Assembly: GCA_049652925.1 (NCBI GenBank)
Contig: JBASFI010000012.1
Location: 66,095-130,094, forward strand
Direction of reading: 5' to 3'
From: Azonexus sp.
GTDB lineage: Bacteria; Pseudomonadota; Gammaproteobacteria; Burkholderiales; Rhodocyclaceae
Length of the DNA: 64,000 nt
The position numbers and the translations under genes were made by a program. Positions 48,851 to 58,319 of the stretch are shown one piece after another. Within the stretch, counting starts at the first letter, position 1; the number at the start of each line of letters is the position of its first letter. The notes beneath the pieces were generated by a model, which saw only the letters and a list, made by a program, of their open reading frames with translations, made no database searches and had not been told where the DNA came from.

Positions 48851-49846
48851 ATGGACAGCCTGGATACGCAGGTACTCGACGCTGCCCGCAAATGGGCAGC
48901 GGCCGGGCATCGCTTCGCGCTAATCACCGTCGCCCGGACCTGGGGTTCAGCCCCTCGGCCGCCGGGCGCCTGGATGATCCTGCGCGACGACGGGCAGGTG
49001 CAGGGCTCGGTCTCCGGCGGCTGCATCGAGGACGACCTGATCCATCGTGCTGCTGCCGGTGAGTTCACTGGTAGTGCGCCGCGCCTGCTGCGTTATGGCG
49101 TGACGGCTGACGAGGCGCATCGTTTCGGTCTGCCTTGCGGCGGCACGCTGGAACTGGTGCTTGAACCAGCGCCGGATGCCGCCTTGCTCGAACAACTCGC
49201 CCTGCGCATTGGCACCGGCCAACTGGTGCATCGGCGGGTCGCACTGGCGACCGGTGCGGTCAGCCTCGAAGGCGGCAGCGCCGGCGACAGCCAGCAATGG
49301 GACGGCGAAACGCTGGTCACGCTGCACGGCCCGGCCTGGCGGTTGCTGATCATCGGCGCCGGGCAGATTTCGCGCTATCTCGCGACCATGGCGCAGGCCC
49401 TCGGCTATCGCGTCTACATTTGCGACCCGCGCAGCGAGTACGCCGACGGCTGGGATGTCCCCGGCACCGAGCGCATCGCCGCGATGCCCGACGATGCGGT
49501 GACCGAACTCAGCCTTGATCCGCGCAGCGCCGTGGTGGCGCTGACCCACGATCCGAAGCTCGACGACCTGGCGCTGCTCGAAGCCCTCAAGTCGCCGGCC
49601 TTCTACGTCGGCGCACTTGGCTCGCAGGCCAATAACAGTAAACGCCGCGAACGCCTGCTGCAGTATTTCGACCTGTCGCAGGCCGAGGTCGACCGCCTGC
49701 ACGGCCCGGTCGGCCTGCCCATCGGCAGCCGGACACCGCCCGAAATCGCCGTCTCCATCCTGGCCGAAATGACCGCTTCGAAAAATGGACAAAATTTCCG
49801 GTTGACCGTGGAAGTCGCCGATCCCTACGCCTGCCGGGTCGCATGA
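48851..49846 (+). CDS. XdhC-family molybdoenzyme maturation factor
   Basis: MDSLDTQVLDAARKWAAAGHRFALITVARTWGSAPRPPGAWMILRDDGQVQGSVSGGCIEDD is the XdhC/CoxI pattern. The C-terminal 20 or so aa are encoded by repeat copy E6. Confidence 0.85.
   Translation: MDSLDTQVLDAARKWAAAGHRFALITVARTWGSAPRPPGAWMILRDDGQVQGSVSGGCIEDDLIHRAAAGEFTGSAPRLLRYGVTADEAHRFGLPCGGTLELVLEPAPDAALLEQLALRIGTGQLVHRRVALATGAVSLEGGSAGDSQQWDGETLVTLHGPAWRLLIIGAGQISRYLATMAQALGYRVYICDPRSEYADGWDVPGTERIAAMPDDAVTELSLDPRSAVVALTHDPKLDDLALLEALKSPAFYVGALGSQANNSKRRERLLQYFDLSQAEVDRLHGPVGLPIGSRTPPEIAVSILAEMTASKNGQNFRLTVEVADPYACRVA
49776..49814 (-). repeat. dispersed repeat copy E6, forming the 3-prime end of the xdhC-family gene
   Basis: CTTCGAAAAATGGACAAAATTTCCGGTTGACCGTGGAAG, read on the plus strand as ...SKNGQNFRLTVEV... 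Confidence 0.8.
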
Positions 49847-50442
49847 CCCAGATTGTCGGCATTTTGCTGGCGGCGGGCAGCAGCCGGCGCTTCGGTGCCG
49901 ACAAGCGGCTGCATCCATTGCCCGACGGCACGCCGATGGCATTCGCCTCGGCGCGGAATCTGGCTGCCGTTTGTGCCCGCGCCATCGTCGTTATCCGGCC
50001 CGACGATACGGCACTAGCCGCCCTGCTGGAGGCAGAAGGACTGGAAACTATCGTTTGCAACGCGGCCGAGCAGGGTATGGGCCACAGCCTGGCCAGCGGC
50101 GTCGCAGCAAGCAAAGATGCCGCCGGCTGGCTGATCGCGCTGGCCGATATGCCTTACATCCAGCCGGCCAGTTACCACGCCGTTGTTCACGCCTTGCAGG
50201 ACGGCGCCGGCATGGCCCGGCCGGTATTCGCCGGGAAAATGGGCCACCCCGTCGGCTTCGCCGCCGACCATTTTGCCGCGCTACTGGCACTGACCGGCGA
50301 CCAGGGAGGCAAGGCCATTCTCTACGCCGATCCGGCATCGCTGGTGCTTTGCCCGGTCGATGATCCCGGCGTGCTCAAGGATATTGATGTGCCGCAGCAA
50401 ATCGAAGCGACGGGCAGTCTGGCTGGCGTCATTTTGGGGTAG
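49843..50442 (+). CDS. MobA-like nucleotidyltransferase (molybdenum cofactor cytidylyltransferase-like)
   Basis: GILLAAGSSRRFGADKRL is the NTP-transferase motif. ATGA overlap with the xdhC-family gene. Confidence 0.8.
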   Translation: MTQIVGILLAAGSSRRFGADKRLHPLPDGTPMAFASARNLAAVCARAIVVIRPDDTALAALLEAEGLETIVCNAAEQGMGHSLASGVAASKDAAGWLIALADMPYIQPASYHAVVHALQDGAGMARPVFAGKMGHPVGFAADHFAALLALTGDQGGKAILYADPASLVLCPVDDPGVLKDIDVPQQIEATGSLAGVILG

Positions 50443-50514
50443 CCAGATAGCAGCCAGAGGCTGCGGGCAGGGCGGTTCTGGGCTATCATTCTGCAATTGC
50501 CGAGGACCAAAGCG

Positions 50515-51210
50515 ATGAACCCAACACCCCTGACCGATGCCGATCTTGACCGGCTTGAAGAACTGCTCGAATCCGACGTTTTCCAGGGCGAGGCCATGCG
50601 CCTCGACGAGATTCAAGCCATGCTGTGCGCCGTCGTCAGCGCTCCCGAGCCGGTAGCCCCGGCCATCTGGCTGACCGAAGCGCTCGGCAAGGGCCTCGAA
50701 GCCGGCGGCAACCCGGATGTCGAAGCCGCACTCGAACTGCTCATGCGTCTGAACAACGACCTCGCCGCCGCGCTGCTGGCCGATGAAACGATTGCCCCGG
50801 TGCTCTATCCGCTGGACGAAGCCTGCACCGAATATGACTACGAAGCCTGGGCCGATTCCTACGTCTTCGGCGCCGGTCTGGCCGGCGACTGGTACGAAAT
50901 GGCCGGCAAGCATGCCGACGATCTGTCAGAGCTGCTCGAACCCATGTTCGTGCTCAACGGCATGCTCAAGGAAGACGCCGAAAAAAACGGCGAACGCTGG
51001 TTCCCGCCCGCCGAAGAAGCCCGTCTGGTCGCCGACATTCAAGAAAACCTGCCGGTCATCGTCCAGACGCTGTACAACTTCTGGCGCAACAAGAGAACCG
51101 GCGGCACAGTCCAGCGCGAAGGCGACAAAGCCGGCCGCAACGATCCTTGCCCCTGCGGCAGTGGCAAGAAATTCAAGCAGTGCTGCGGCAGCCCGGAAAA
51201 GCTGAACTGA
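50515..51210 (+). CDS. UPF0149/YecA-like protein with a C-terminal SEC-C metal-binding motif
   Basis: Start [20 protein letters not shown]. The C-terminus is [19 protein letters not shown]. Confidence 0.8.
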   Translation: MNPTPLTDADLDRLEELLESDVFQGEAMRLDEIQAMLCAVVSAPEPVAPAIWLTEALGKGLEAGGNPDVEAALELLMRLNNDLAAALLADETIAPVLYPLDEACTEYDYEAWADSYVFGAGLAGDWYEMAGKHADDLSELLEPMFVLNGMLKEDAEKNGERWFPPAEEARLVADIQENLPVIVQTLYNFWRNKRTGGTVQREGDKAGRNDPCPCGSGKKFKQCCGSPEKLN

Positions 51211-51254
51211 TCGAGGTCTTGCCGGCTTTACCCCCGGCATGAGCAGTAGCGCAA

Positions 51255-51281
51255 AAAGCCTCGAAAGGGGCTTTTGTCTTT
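51255..51281 (+). terminator. rho-independent terminator
   Basis: AAAGCCTC-gaaa-GGGGCTTT followed by TGTCTTT. Confidence 0.5.
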
Positions 51282-51372
51282 CCGGGCGGGACAACTTCTG
51301 CATCCGCCACAAGCAGCCAGTTAGCCACTCGATTTATCTGTCGTTAGTTAGCTGGTAGTCGCGTAACCCTCG

Positions 51373-52221
51373 TCATTGATTTGTCCTGCCTGCCTCCCAG
51401 GCAAGCATGGCGAGCTTGCGCTCTGTTCCCCAGCGACAGTTGCCTGCATCGCCGCTTTCACGGATCACGCGATGGCAGGGAATCAGGAAGCCGATATGGT
51501 TTGCTGCCAGGGCGGTTCCAACGGCGCGTTGCGCCCGAGGGCATCCGGCTCGTTCGGCGAGCTGTTGATACGATGTCACTCGTCCGAATTCGGTATGTAT
51601 CAGTGCTTCCCATACCTTTATCTGGAAGTTTGTCCCGCGTAAGACCAGATGCACCCTGCCACGGCAAGGTGTGCTGGGAAAAATGTCCTGCAGCAAATGC
51701 TGGGCCTGCAAATCATCCCGACTGACTTTCGCGTTCGGCCAATACGCAACAATCTCGGACTTCATCGCATCGTGGTTGGCTATGGAGAACGCGAAGTGGC
51801 AAATCCCTCGCTTGGTCCAACCGACAACAGCTTCACCAAAGGGGGAGAAGGCGAAGCCGTAGGTGACTTCCAATCCATCGCCGCCTGCTTTGATTTCTCC
51901 GGGAGTCATGGCTTCGCATGTCACCATCAAGTCATGCAAGCGGCTGGTACTGCTTAGCCCGGCGTTTTCGGTTACGGTCAATACATCGTGCGCCGAGATC
52001 AACTTCTGTTTTGCGTACTCCTTGGTCAGATACTGAAGGAATCGCTTTGGCGATATTCCAGCCCATTCGGCAAACAGCCTTTGCAGATGAAATGGGCTGA
52101 CATGGGCCGCTTCTGCGATCTGCTCCAATGTTGGCTGTTGCCTAGCGTTTTCCCGAATATATGCGATCACGCGAGCAACGAGCGCATATTGCCGTGTCTG
52201 TTCGAGGTTGTCAGGCCGCAT
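51373..52221 (-). CDS. AraC-HTH / O6-methylguanine-DNA methyltransferase fusion (Ada/Ogt-like)
   Basis: It has an N-terminal HTH (LEQIAEAAHVSPFHLQRLF) and a C-terminal methyltransferase with the PCHRV active site (IPCHRVIRESGD). Confidence 0.85.
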   Translation of the reverse strand: MRPDNLEQTRQYALVARVIAYIRENARQQPTLEQIAEAAHVSPFHLQRLFAEWAGISPKRFLQYLTKEYAKQKLISAHDVLTVTENAGLSSTSRLHDLMVTCEAMTPGEIKAGGDGLEVTYGFAFSPFGEAVVGWTKRGICHFAFSIANHDAMKSEIVAYWPNAKVSRDDLQAQHLLQDIFPSTPCRGRVHLVLRGTNFQIKVWEALIHTEFGRVTSYQQLAERAGCPRAQRAVGTALAANHIGFLIPCHRVIRESGDAGNCRWGTERKLAMLAWEAGRTNQ

Positions 52222-53107
52222 GTTGCCCTCTTCTGGGTAGTACTGACGAGATGGAAAAGCCGGTTACCAAGGCTGTGCCTGTCAGTATCGTTAGACTGCC
52301 TGCCAAGGTATGCCAGCCGACATGCTCTCCGAGAAACACGCTACCCCACAGAATGCCGAAAACGGGGATGAGAAAGGTCACGGTAAGTGCGGGGGCCGCG
52401 CCAATATCAGCGATCAGCCGGAAGTAAAGCAGATAGGCAATTCCACTACATACGATGCCGAGAGCGGCGACCGAAAAAACAACATGTAGCGGGGGCATCG
52501 CCTGTATCGGTGATGCTTGTAGGGTAAGTGGCACCAGAATCAACGTTGCCGCCCACATGCTGCCATGAGCGTTGGCAAATGGTTCAACGGATTTGGCTGC
52601 TTTTGTATAGGTGGTAGCGATGCCATATGAGAAGGCTGCTCCGAGGCCGGCAGCAATTGCCAGAGTCCCCCCTTCCGGCAACGTGACTGTTTCTATCCCG
52701 GCCAGCAGGCTGACTCCACTCACCCCGAGCAGCATCCCCAAAAATGCTTTGGGAGAAAGGCGAGACCGTAGCCAGACCGCTCCGATAGCCGCCGCCCATA
52801 TTGGCGCCGTCGCATTGAGGATTGAAAGCAAGGATGCAGAAACCGTTTGGGCTGCATATGCGAAAAGGAAGAATGGCAGTGCCGAGTTGAATAGCCCGAG
52901 CATAAGGTACTGCTTCCAGTGGTGCGGGGCATCCAAGGACTTCCTGAGGTAGAAGGACATCATCAGCAAAAATAGTGCAGCCAGCCCTACACGCGCGAAA
53001 ATCAACAGCAACGGCCCCAGAACAGGGGCGCCAATTCGCATGAACAAAAACGAAGCGCCCCATATGGCAGACAGAAGCAGTAGGCGGACAAGACTGGCTG
53101 TGTTCAT
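52211..53107 (-). CDS. EamA/DMT-family transporter
   Basis: Start MNTASLVRLLLLSAIWGASFLF. It has 10 predicted helices, consistent with a duplicated EamA architecture. Confidence 0.85.
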   Translation of the reverse strand: MNTASLVRLLLLSAIWGASFLFMRIGAPVLGPLLLIFARVGLAALFLLMMSFYLRKSLDAPHHWKQYLMLGLFNSALPFFLFAYAAQTVSASLLSILNATAPIWAAAIGAVWLRSRLSPKAFLGMLLGVSGVSLLAGIETVTLPEGGTLAIAAGLGAAFSYGIATTYTKAAKSVEPFANAHGSMWAATLILVPLTLQASPIQAMPPLHVVFSVAALGIVCSGIAYLLYFRLIADIGAAPALTVTFLIPVFGILWGSVFLGEHVGWHTLAGSLTILTGTALVTGFSISSVLPRRGQHAA

Positions 53108-53513
53108 GGCGGCATCCGGTAGCAAGGATGCCGGAACAATAGATGATTGCTTGGCGCTACATCAATCCGATTCTTGCGCACTTTCACTGCGCGCAGAAAG
53201 CTACCGCTTTGCGATTGTCACAACTGGCTGATGTACTTTATGCCAGTCATCCGAAAGAGGGCGAACAGAGGAGAGGCGGACTGGGCACGACGAGGCAGTT
53301 GGTGCCGTACCTCGATTGGAAATGCTGAAATACTCAGTCAGGGTATGTGTCGCTGAAAACTCCTCAGGACATCCCGGTTTCAGCATGAAAATGCCGATTA
53401 CAGATCGCCGCTTTGTTGTTGGGCTTGGGCGAGTTGCCTGGCGTGCCAATCCTGGCTGGGTGTCGAACCGGTCGGCATGATTGGGGCTTGTTGTGGCTGC
53501 TCTTGGGGCACGC

Positions 53514-53696
53514 CTAGCGCTCGGCGATGGACAGCGGGGTGATGTCGGTGCGGCAGAGTCCCGCCAGTTCGGCTACGACGCGATTTATTCCGTTGCCGAC
53601 CAACCACCAGGCTTGCCCATAGGAGCGCACCGTAACACCGTGCTCGGCACACAACTGAATCGCCTTCTGGCGAAGTTCTTCAATTTTGTTTGTCAT
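53514..53696 (-). CDS. 60-aa hypothetical ORF (doubtful)
   Basis: This is only an ORF in a lower-GC spacer. The RBS is weak. Confidence 0.25.
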   Translation of the reverse strand: MTNKIEELRQKAIQLCAEHGVTVRSYGQAWWLVGNGINRVVAELAGLCRTDITPLSIAER

Positions 53697-53896
53697 TTGA
53701 AATCCGTGTGGTCATTGTCTCCAGATGTTCAGACTCTAACAGTTATTTATTACGGATATTTTACGGTGGTTGCCGGATGACGGTAGGACCGGGGCGTTTT
53801 TTTGCCTATTGACCGGCTTGTCTCCGGGAGAATATTTGACGAATTGCCGCAGCAGGCTACGCTTTAACTGTGCGTTTGAATGAAAAGGTGATTGTC

Positions 53897-54307
53897 ATGA
53901 CAAAACTCTTTTTCCTCATGTATCTGCTGCTCTCTTGTTTGCTGCCTTCGCAGGTGTTGGCACAAGGTGATGCTTTCACCCTTGTCGAAAAACACTCTGG
54001 AAATGTCACCTATATCAGCGGTGGTATCGGTGACGAGGAGCGGGATGAAATCCGCTTGCGTGAACGGGATTTCAATCTGAAGCTTCTTTTTTCCGAGCGT
54101 GATGGTTCTTATCTTGGGAGCGTCGATGTGGTCGTGCTCAATCCCAAGGGTGAGGCGGTTCTTGAAGCTAATTCGGCAGGCCCGTTCCTGCTGGCTCAGT
54201 TGCCACCTGGCAGCTATGTGATCAAGGTTTCGATGAACGGGCAGCAGCAACAAAAAAAGCTGTCGATCAGCGAAAAGCGTAGATATGAGGGCGTTTTTCG
54301 CTGGTGA
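53897..54307 (+). CDS. secreted protein with a carboxypeptidase-regulatory-like beta-sandwich pattern
   Basis: The signal peptide is MTKLFFLMYLLLSCLLPSQVLA. The segment ...VVVLNPKGEAVLEANSAGPFLLAQLPPGSYVIKV resembles CarboxypepD_reg-type domains. Confidence 0.55.
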   Translation: MTKLFFLMYLLLSCLLPSQVLAQGDAFTLVEKHSGNVTYISGGIGDEERDEIRLRERDFNLKLLFSERDGSYLGSVDVVVLNPKGEAVLEANSAGPFLLAQLPPGSYVIKVSMNGQQQQKKLSISEKRRYEGVFRW

Positions 54308-54549
54308 CCGACATGCGCTAAAACGGAAGTAGTAGCTGAGAGGGCTGGCGCCTGCCATGGCGGCGCTAGCTCTTTGTCAGTGGCATCGCCACAAATCCGG
54401 CTGTTAGCTGTTTTTCTCTGGAAATCACCTGCTGCGGACCTGTGCGCTGGCGCACATACAGCACTTTATGATTGCCCTACATTTCTGCCGTATCCGCCAT
54501 TTCTTGAGATACCAGGCGAACAGATGAAAAACAAATGACCGGAGGCGGT

Positions 54550-54969
54550 ATGAAAACTTACCCAGAAACAGATGTCGCGACGCCAGTACAGGAAATCGCA
54601 ATTCCCCTCAGCCTGAATGCCAGCCTCGGGAGCGGGGATGGCGCAGTAGCCTTGGCGTATGACCTGGAAAACAGGCAGATGTCCCTGGATGCCGCAATAG
54701 CTGCGGAAAAGCTGGCAAAACGAGCTGAGACAACGGCGCGGGCGGTTATAGCAGCCGAGGCGATTGTCGCACTGGCACTATCTTCAGTAGCGGCGGTTGC
54801 TGGTACCTTGTCTGAAACGGCACAGGAAACCCTGTTGGTGGCGCAGAAAGCTGCAGCGAAAACCCTTCGGGTGGCAAAGGAAGATGCGGAAGAGACGTTG
54901 ATGATGGCGCAGGAGGTTGCCAGAGAACTTCTGGCCGAGGCGCACAGGAAGGGCGCGGGTAACGCCTAG
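54550..54969 (+). CDS. Ala-rich helical hypothetical protein
   Basis: ATG at 54550 is preceded by GGAGG, and an in-frame ATG also lies at 54535. A strong terminator follows. Confidence 0.5.
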   Translation: MKTYPETDVATPVQEIAIPLSLNASLGSGDGAVALAYDLENRQMSLDAAIAAEKLAKRAETTARAVIAAEAIVALALSSVAAVAGTLSETAQETLLVAQKAAAKTLRVAKEDAEETLMMAQEVARELLAEAHRKGAGNA

Positions 54970-54970
54970 A

Positions 54971-55000
54971 AAAAAGGCCGTTCGGATGAACGGCCTTTTT
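54971..55000. terminator. bidirectional rho-independent terminator
   Basis: AAAAAGGCCGTTC-ggat-GAACGGCCTTTTT lies between convergent genes, with an A-run on one side and a T-run on the other. Confidence 0.8.
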
Positions 55001-55005
55001 GACGT

Positions 55006-56475
55006 TTAACCCAGATCGACTGGCACGAATATCCGCGAGTCGCCCCGTTCGATGAGGATGGCGGCTTTCTTGCCGGATTTGGCGATGATGCCGCGCAGCT
55101 GGTCGATATCGCCGATTGGCTGGCCATTGACTGAAACGATGATGTCGCCCGGGCGGATGCCGGCGCGGCCGGCTGGGCCACCGGATTGTTCGACGAGCAG
55201 GCCGCCTTTGACCTCTGCCTGGCGCTGTTCTTCCGGGGTCAGCGGGCGGACGGCTACGCCGAGGCGGCCTTTGTCGGCGGATGGGGCTTCGCTCGATGCC
55301 ACTTTTTCCTCGCCGAAGCTGCCGACCTTGACGTCGATGTTGCGTGTTTCGCCCTTGCGCCAGACCTGCAGGCGGGCCGATTCGCCGGGCATCTTGGTGG
55401 CGACGGCGGCCGGCAATTCGCCGGCGCTTTCGATTGTTTTGCCGTCGATGCCGAGAATGACATCGCCCGGTTCCAGCCCGCCCTTGGCAGCCGGGCTGCC
55501 TTTTTCGACGGAGGCGACCAGGGCGCCGGCCGGCTTGGACAGGCCGAAGGTGTCGGCCAGCGACTGATTGACTTCCTGGATGCTGACGCCGAGTTTGCCG
55601 CGCTGGACCTTGCCGTGGGCGACGATCTGCTTCTCGACGTTCATCGCCACTTCAATGGGGATGGCGAAGGAGAGACCCTGGTAACCGCCGCTGCGCGAGT
55701 AGATCTGCGAGTTGATGCCGATTACTTCGCCGTTCATGTTGAACAGCGGGCCGCCGGAGTTGCCCGGATTGACGGCGACGTCGGTCTGGATGAATGGCAC
55801 GTAGTTGCCGTCCGGCAGGTTGCGCGACTTGGCCGACACGATGCCAGCGCTGGCGCTGCTTTCGAAGCCGTAGGGTGAGCCGATGGCCAGCACCCATTCG
55901 CCGACCTGGGTTTGCAGCGAGGTGCCAAGCTTCACCGTCGGCAGGTTTTTGGCGTCGATCTTGAGCACGGCTACGTCGCTAGCCTTGTCGAGACCGAGTA
56001 CCTTGGCCTTGAATTCGCGCTTGTCGTTGAGCTTGACGGTGACTTCCTCGGCGCCGTCGACGACGTGGGCGTTGGTCAGCACCGTGCCGTCGGCCGTGAC
56101 GATGAAACCGGAGCCGAGGCCGTGCATCGGCTGGTTGTTTTCCGGCATCTGGCCGCGGAAGTGGCGGAAGAACTGAAAGAACGGGTCGTTCGGGTCCATC
56201 TGCTGGAGGTCGGGGCCAGTGGCCGCCGTCTTGCGCGTGCCGGTGACGCTGATATTGACGACGGCCGGGGCGTTGCTGGCGACGATGCTGCGCATGTCGG
56301 GCAGGCCGTTGGGAACAGCCACGCTGACGGCCGGTGCGGCGACGACCGCTGCCGTCGGCTGGGTGGCGGCATTGGCGCTGCCGAGGGGCGCGATCTGGCC
56401 TAGCGAATAGGCGCCGCCGAGGGCTGCCGTGATGGCGACGGCAGCGACGGTCATCTTCAATGAATTACGGTTCAT
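55006..56475 (-). CDS. degP: periplasmic serine endoprotease DegP/DegQ/MucD family (two PDZ domains)
   Basis: The catalytic triad context is present (TNAHVV, DVAVLKI, GNSGGPLFN). Two PDZ-like segments and a signal peptide are present. Confidence 0.92.
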   Translation of the reverse strand: MNRNSLKMTVAAVAITAALGGAYSLGQIAPLGSANAATQPTAAVVAAPAVSVAVPNGLPDMRSIVASNAPAVVNISVTGTRKTAATGPDLQQMDPNDPFFQFFRHFRGQMPENNQPMHGLGSGFIVTADGTVLTNAHVVDGAEEVTVKLNDKREFKAKVLGLDKASDVAVLKIDAKNLPTVKLGTSLQTQVGEWVLAIGSPYGFESSASAGIVSAKSRNLPDGNYVPFIQTDVAVNPGNSGGPLFNMNGEVIGINSQIYSRSGGYQGLSFAIPIEVAMNVEKQIVAHGKVQRGKLGVSIQEVNQSLADTFGLSKPAGALVASVEKGSPAAKGGLEPGDVILGIDGKTIESAGELPAAVATKMPGESARLQVWRKGETRNIDVKVGSFGEEKVASSEAPSADKGRLGVAVRPLTPEEQRQAEVKGGLLVEQSGGPAGRAGIRPGDIIVSVNGQPIGDIDQLRGIIAKSGKKAAILIERGDSRIFVPVDLG

Positions 56476-56511
56476 GCTTACCTCTTGTTGAGTGGGTTTG
56501 GGGAATATTGA

Positions 56512-56823
56512 TCAGCGATTTCGGCCGTGGAGGGAGAGCCGGTTGGCATGGGCCACGTGGTCATCGGCTTTGACCCGGGTGTCGTGTTCGTTCGGGCTGC
56601 GCTTGGCCGGTTCGCGGCTGGCTTCGCTGGCGAATGCAGGGGTGCCGAACAAGGCGCCGAGGGAACTGGCGACGACCAGCGAGCGCAACAGCTTGCGGGT
56701 CGATCCGGCGATGCGGCGCGGCGGTCTGAAGCTGGCGGGGGCCTGCATGAGGCCGAGGTGCTGGCGGGAAGCCAGTATGAAGCGGGCAAGGGTCTGTTCT
56801 TGCCAATGGGGATCAGTCTGCAT
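56512..56823 (-). CDS. hypothetical membrane or periplasmic protein upstream of degP
   Basis: ORF with one hydrophobic segment (LLRSLVVASSLGALFGTPAFA). No family recognised. Confidence 0.4.
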   Translation of the reverse strand: MQTDPHWQEQTLARFILASRQHLGLMQAPASFRPPRRIAGSTRKLLRSLVVASSLGALFGTPAFASEASREPAKRSPNEHDTRVKADDHVAHANRLSLHGRNR

Positions 56824-56932
56824 CGGTCACTCCTTTTGCAAAATCAGTAGACCCGCAGTTTTGCCCCGATTGAAGTATTTTCGATGGGTGTTTTTGCGAC
56901 GATTTGTATCAATTTTTGACTGGGCGCTGAAT

Positions 56933-56970
56933 CCCACGGTCAACCGGGAAAAAGGGCAAAAATTGAAATC
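56933..56970 (+). repeat. dispersed repeat copy E7 (intergenic, divergent promoter region)
   Basis: CCCACGGTCAACCGGGAAAAAGGGCAAAAATTGAAATC. The perfect 10-bp inverted arm TCAATTTTTG (56909-56918) pairs with CAAAAATTGA (56957-56966). Confidence 0.85.
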
Positions 56971-57077
56971 GGCAGCGGGCTGGAATGCGTGCTCGATGTG
57001 CGATCAAATGCCGTTTGTCATGGGGTCGTAACACGCGACGCTTAATTTCGGGAAATTCCAAACCGACCCGCGCCGAC

Positions 57078-58319
57078 ATGAACGCACCCGCACCGCAGAA
57101 CCTGGCCGTACCCGCTCTCAATCTGACCCTCAAGGACCGCATCGACCAGAAGATTTTCGATGCGCTCTATTCGCGTTCGCTGGTCTACAACACCTGCTGG
57201 GAAGACCCGGCGGTAGACCGCCAGGCCCTGCACCTCGGGCCGCAGGACACGGTGATGGTGATCACCAGCGCCGGTTGCAATGCGCTCGATTACGCGCTGA
57301 AAGGGCCTGCCAAGGTTTATGCGATTGACGCCAACCCGCGCCAGAACGCGCTGCTCGAACTGAAGATGGCGGGTATCCGCAAGCTCGGTTTCGACGATTT
57401 CTTCGCCATTTTCGGCAGCGGCTTTCATCCCGGCATCAAGAGTATTTACCGTCACCAGTTGCGGGCCGAACTGTCCGATTTCGCCAAAACCTACTGGGAT
57501 CGCCGTTTCAACTGGTTTTGCAGCCGTCACGGCAGCTTCTATTTTCATGGCCTGGCCGGCTTTGTGGCGCGTGGGTTCCGTACCTATTTCCGCATGCGGC
57601 CGGCGTTGGCGCAGCGCGTTACGGAACTGTTTGCCTCGACCAATCTGGTCGAACAACGTCAGATTTACGACGAAAAGATCGCCAGCGAGTTGTGGACGCC
57701 GGTTATCAACTGGGTGCTCAACCGCCAATTGACGATGAGCCTGCTCGGTGTGCCGCATCCGCAGCGCCGACTGGTCCAGGGCCAGCATCCGGGCGGCGTT
57801 TCGGGCTTCATCCGTGACGCCATCGAATACGTTTTTCGCAACCTGCCGGTCAGTGAAAACTACTTCTGGCGCGTCTATCTGACCGGCAGCTACACCCGCG
57901 ACTGCTGCCCGTCCTACCTGAAAGAAGAAAACTTCAACGCGCTGAAGGGTGGTCTGGTCGATTGTATCGAGCCGCACACCTGTACCGTTACGGAGTTCCT
58001 GCAGGCCGGCGACGAGCCGATCACGCGCTTCGTGCTGCTCGACCACATGGACTGGATGAGCTGCTACTACCCGGCGGCGCTGATCGAAGAATGGAACGCC
58101 ATCTTCGAGCGGGCGGCGCCCGAGGCCCGGCTGCTGTTGCGCAGCGCCCACGCCAATCCGCCGTTCCTCGACTGGGTGACGGCCGGCCCGCAGCACAAGC
58201 CACTCAAGGAAATGCTCAATTACGAGACCGAACTCGCCGCTCGTCTGCAAGGCGATGATCGTGTGCACACCTACGCTGGGTTTGTCGTTGCCCAGCTGGC
58301 GGAACATGGCCGCGGCTGA
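57078..58319 (+). CDS. DUF3419 / BtaA-like S-adenosylmethionine:diacylglycerol 3-amino-3-carboxypropyl transferase
   Basis: Start MNAPAPQNLAV. The segment YNTCWEDPAVDRQALHLGPQDTVMVITSAGCNALDYAL...AIDANPRQNALLELK is the characteristic DUF3419/BtaA N-terminal pattern. Confidence 0.75.
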   Translation: MNAPAPQNLAVPALNLTLKDRIDQKIFDALYSRSLVYNTCWEDPAVDRQALHLGPQDTVMVITSAGCNALDYALKGPAKVYAIDANPRQNALLELKMAGIRKLGFDDFFAIFGSGFHPGIKSIYRHQLRAELSDFAKTYWDRRFNWFCSRHGSFYFHGLAGFVARGFRTYFRMRPALAQRVTELFASTNLVEQRQIYDEKIASELWTPVINWVLNRQLTMSLLGVPHPQRRLVQGQHPGGVSGFIRDAIEYVFRNLPVSENYFWRVYLTGSYTRDCCPSYLKEENFNALKGGLVDCIEPHTCTVTEFLQAGDEPITRFVLLDHMDWMSCYYPAALIEEWNAIFERAAPEARLLLRSAHANPPFLDWVTAGPQHKPLKEMLNYETELAARLQGDDRVHTYAGFVVAQLAEHGRG

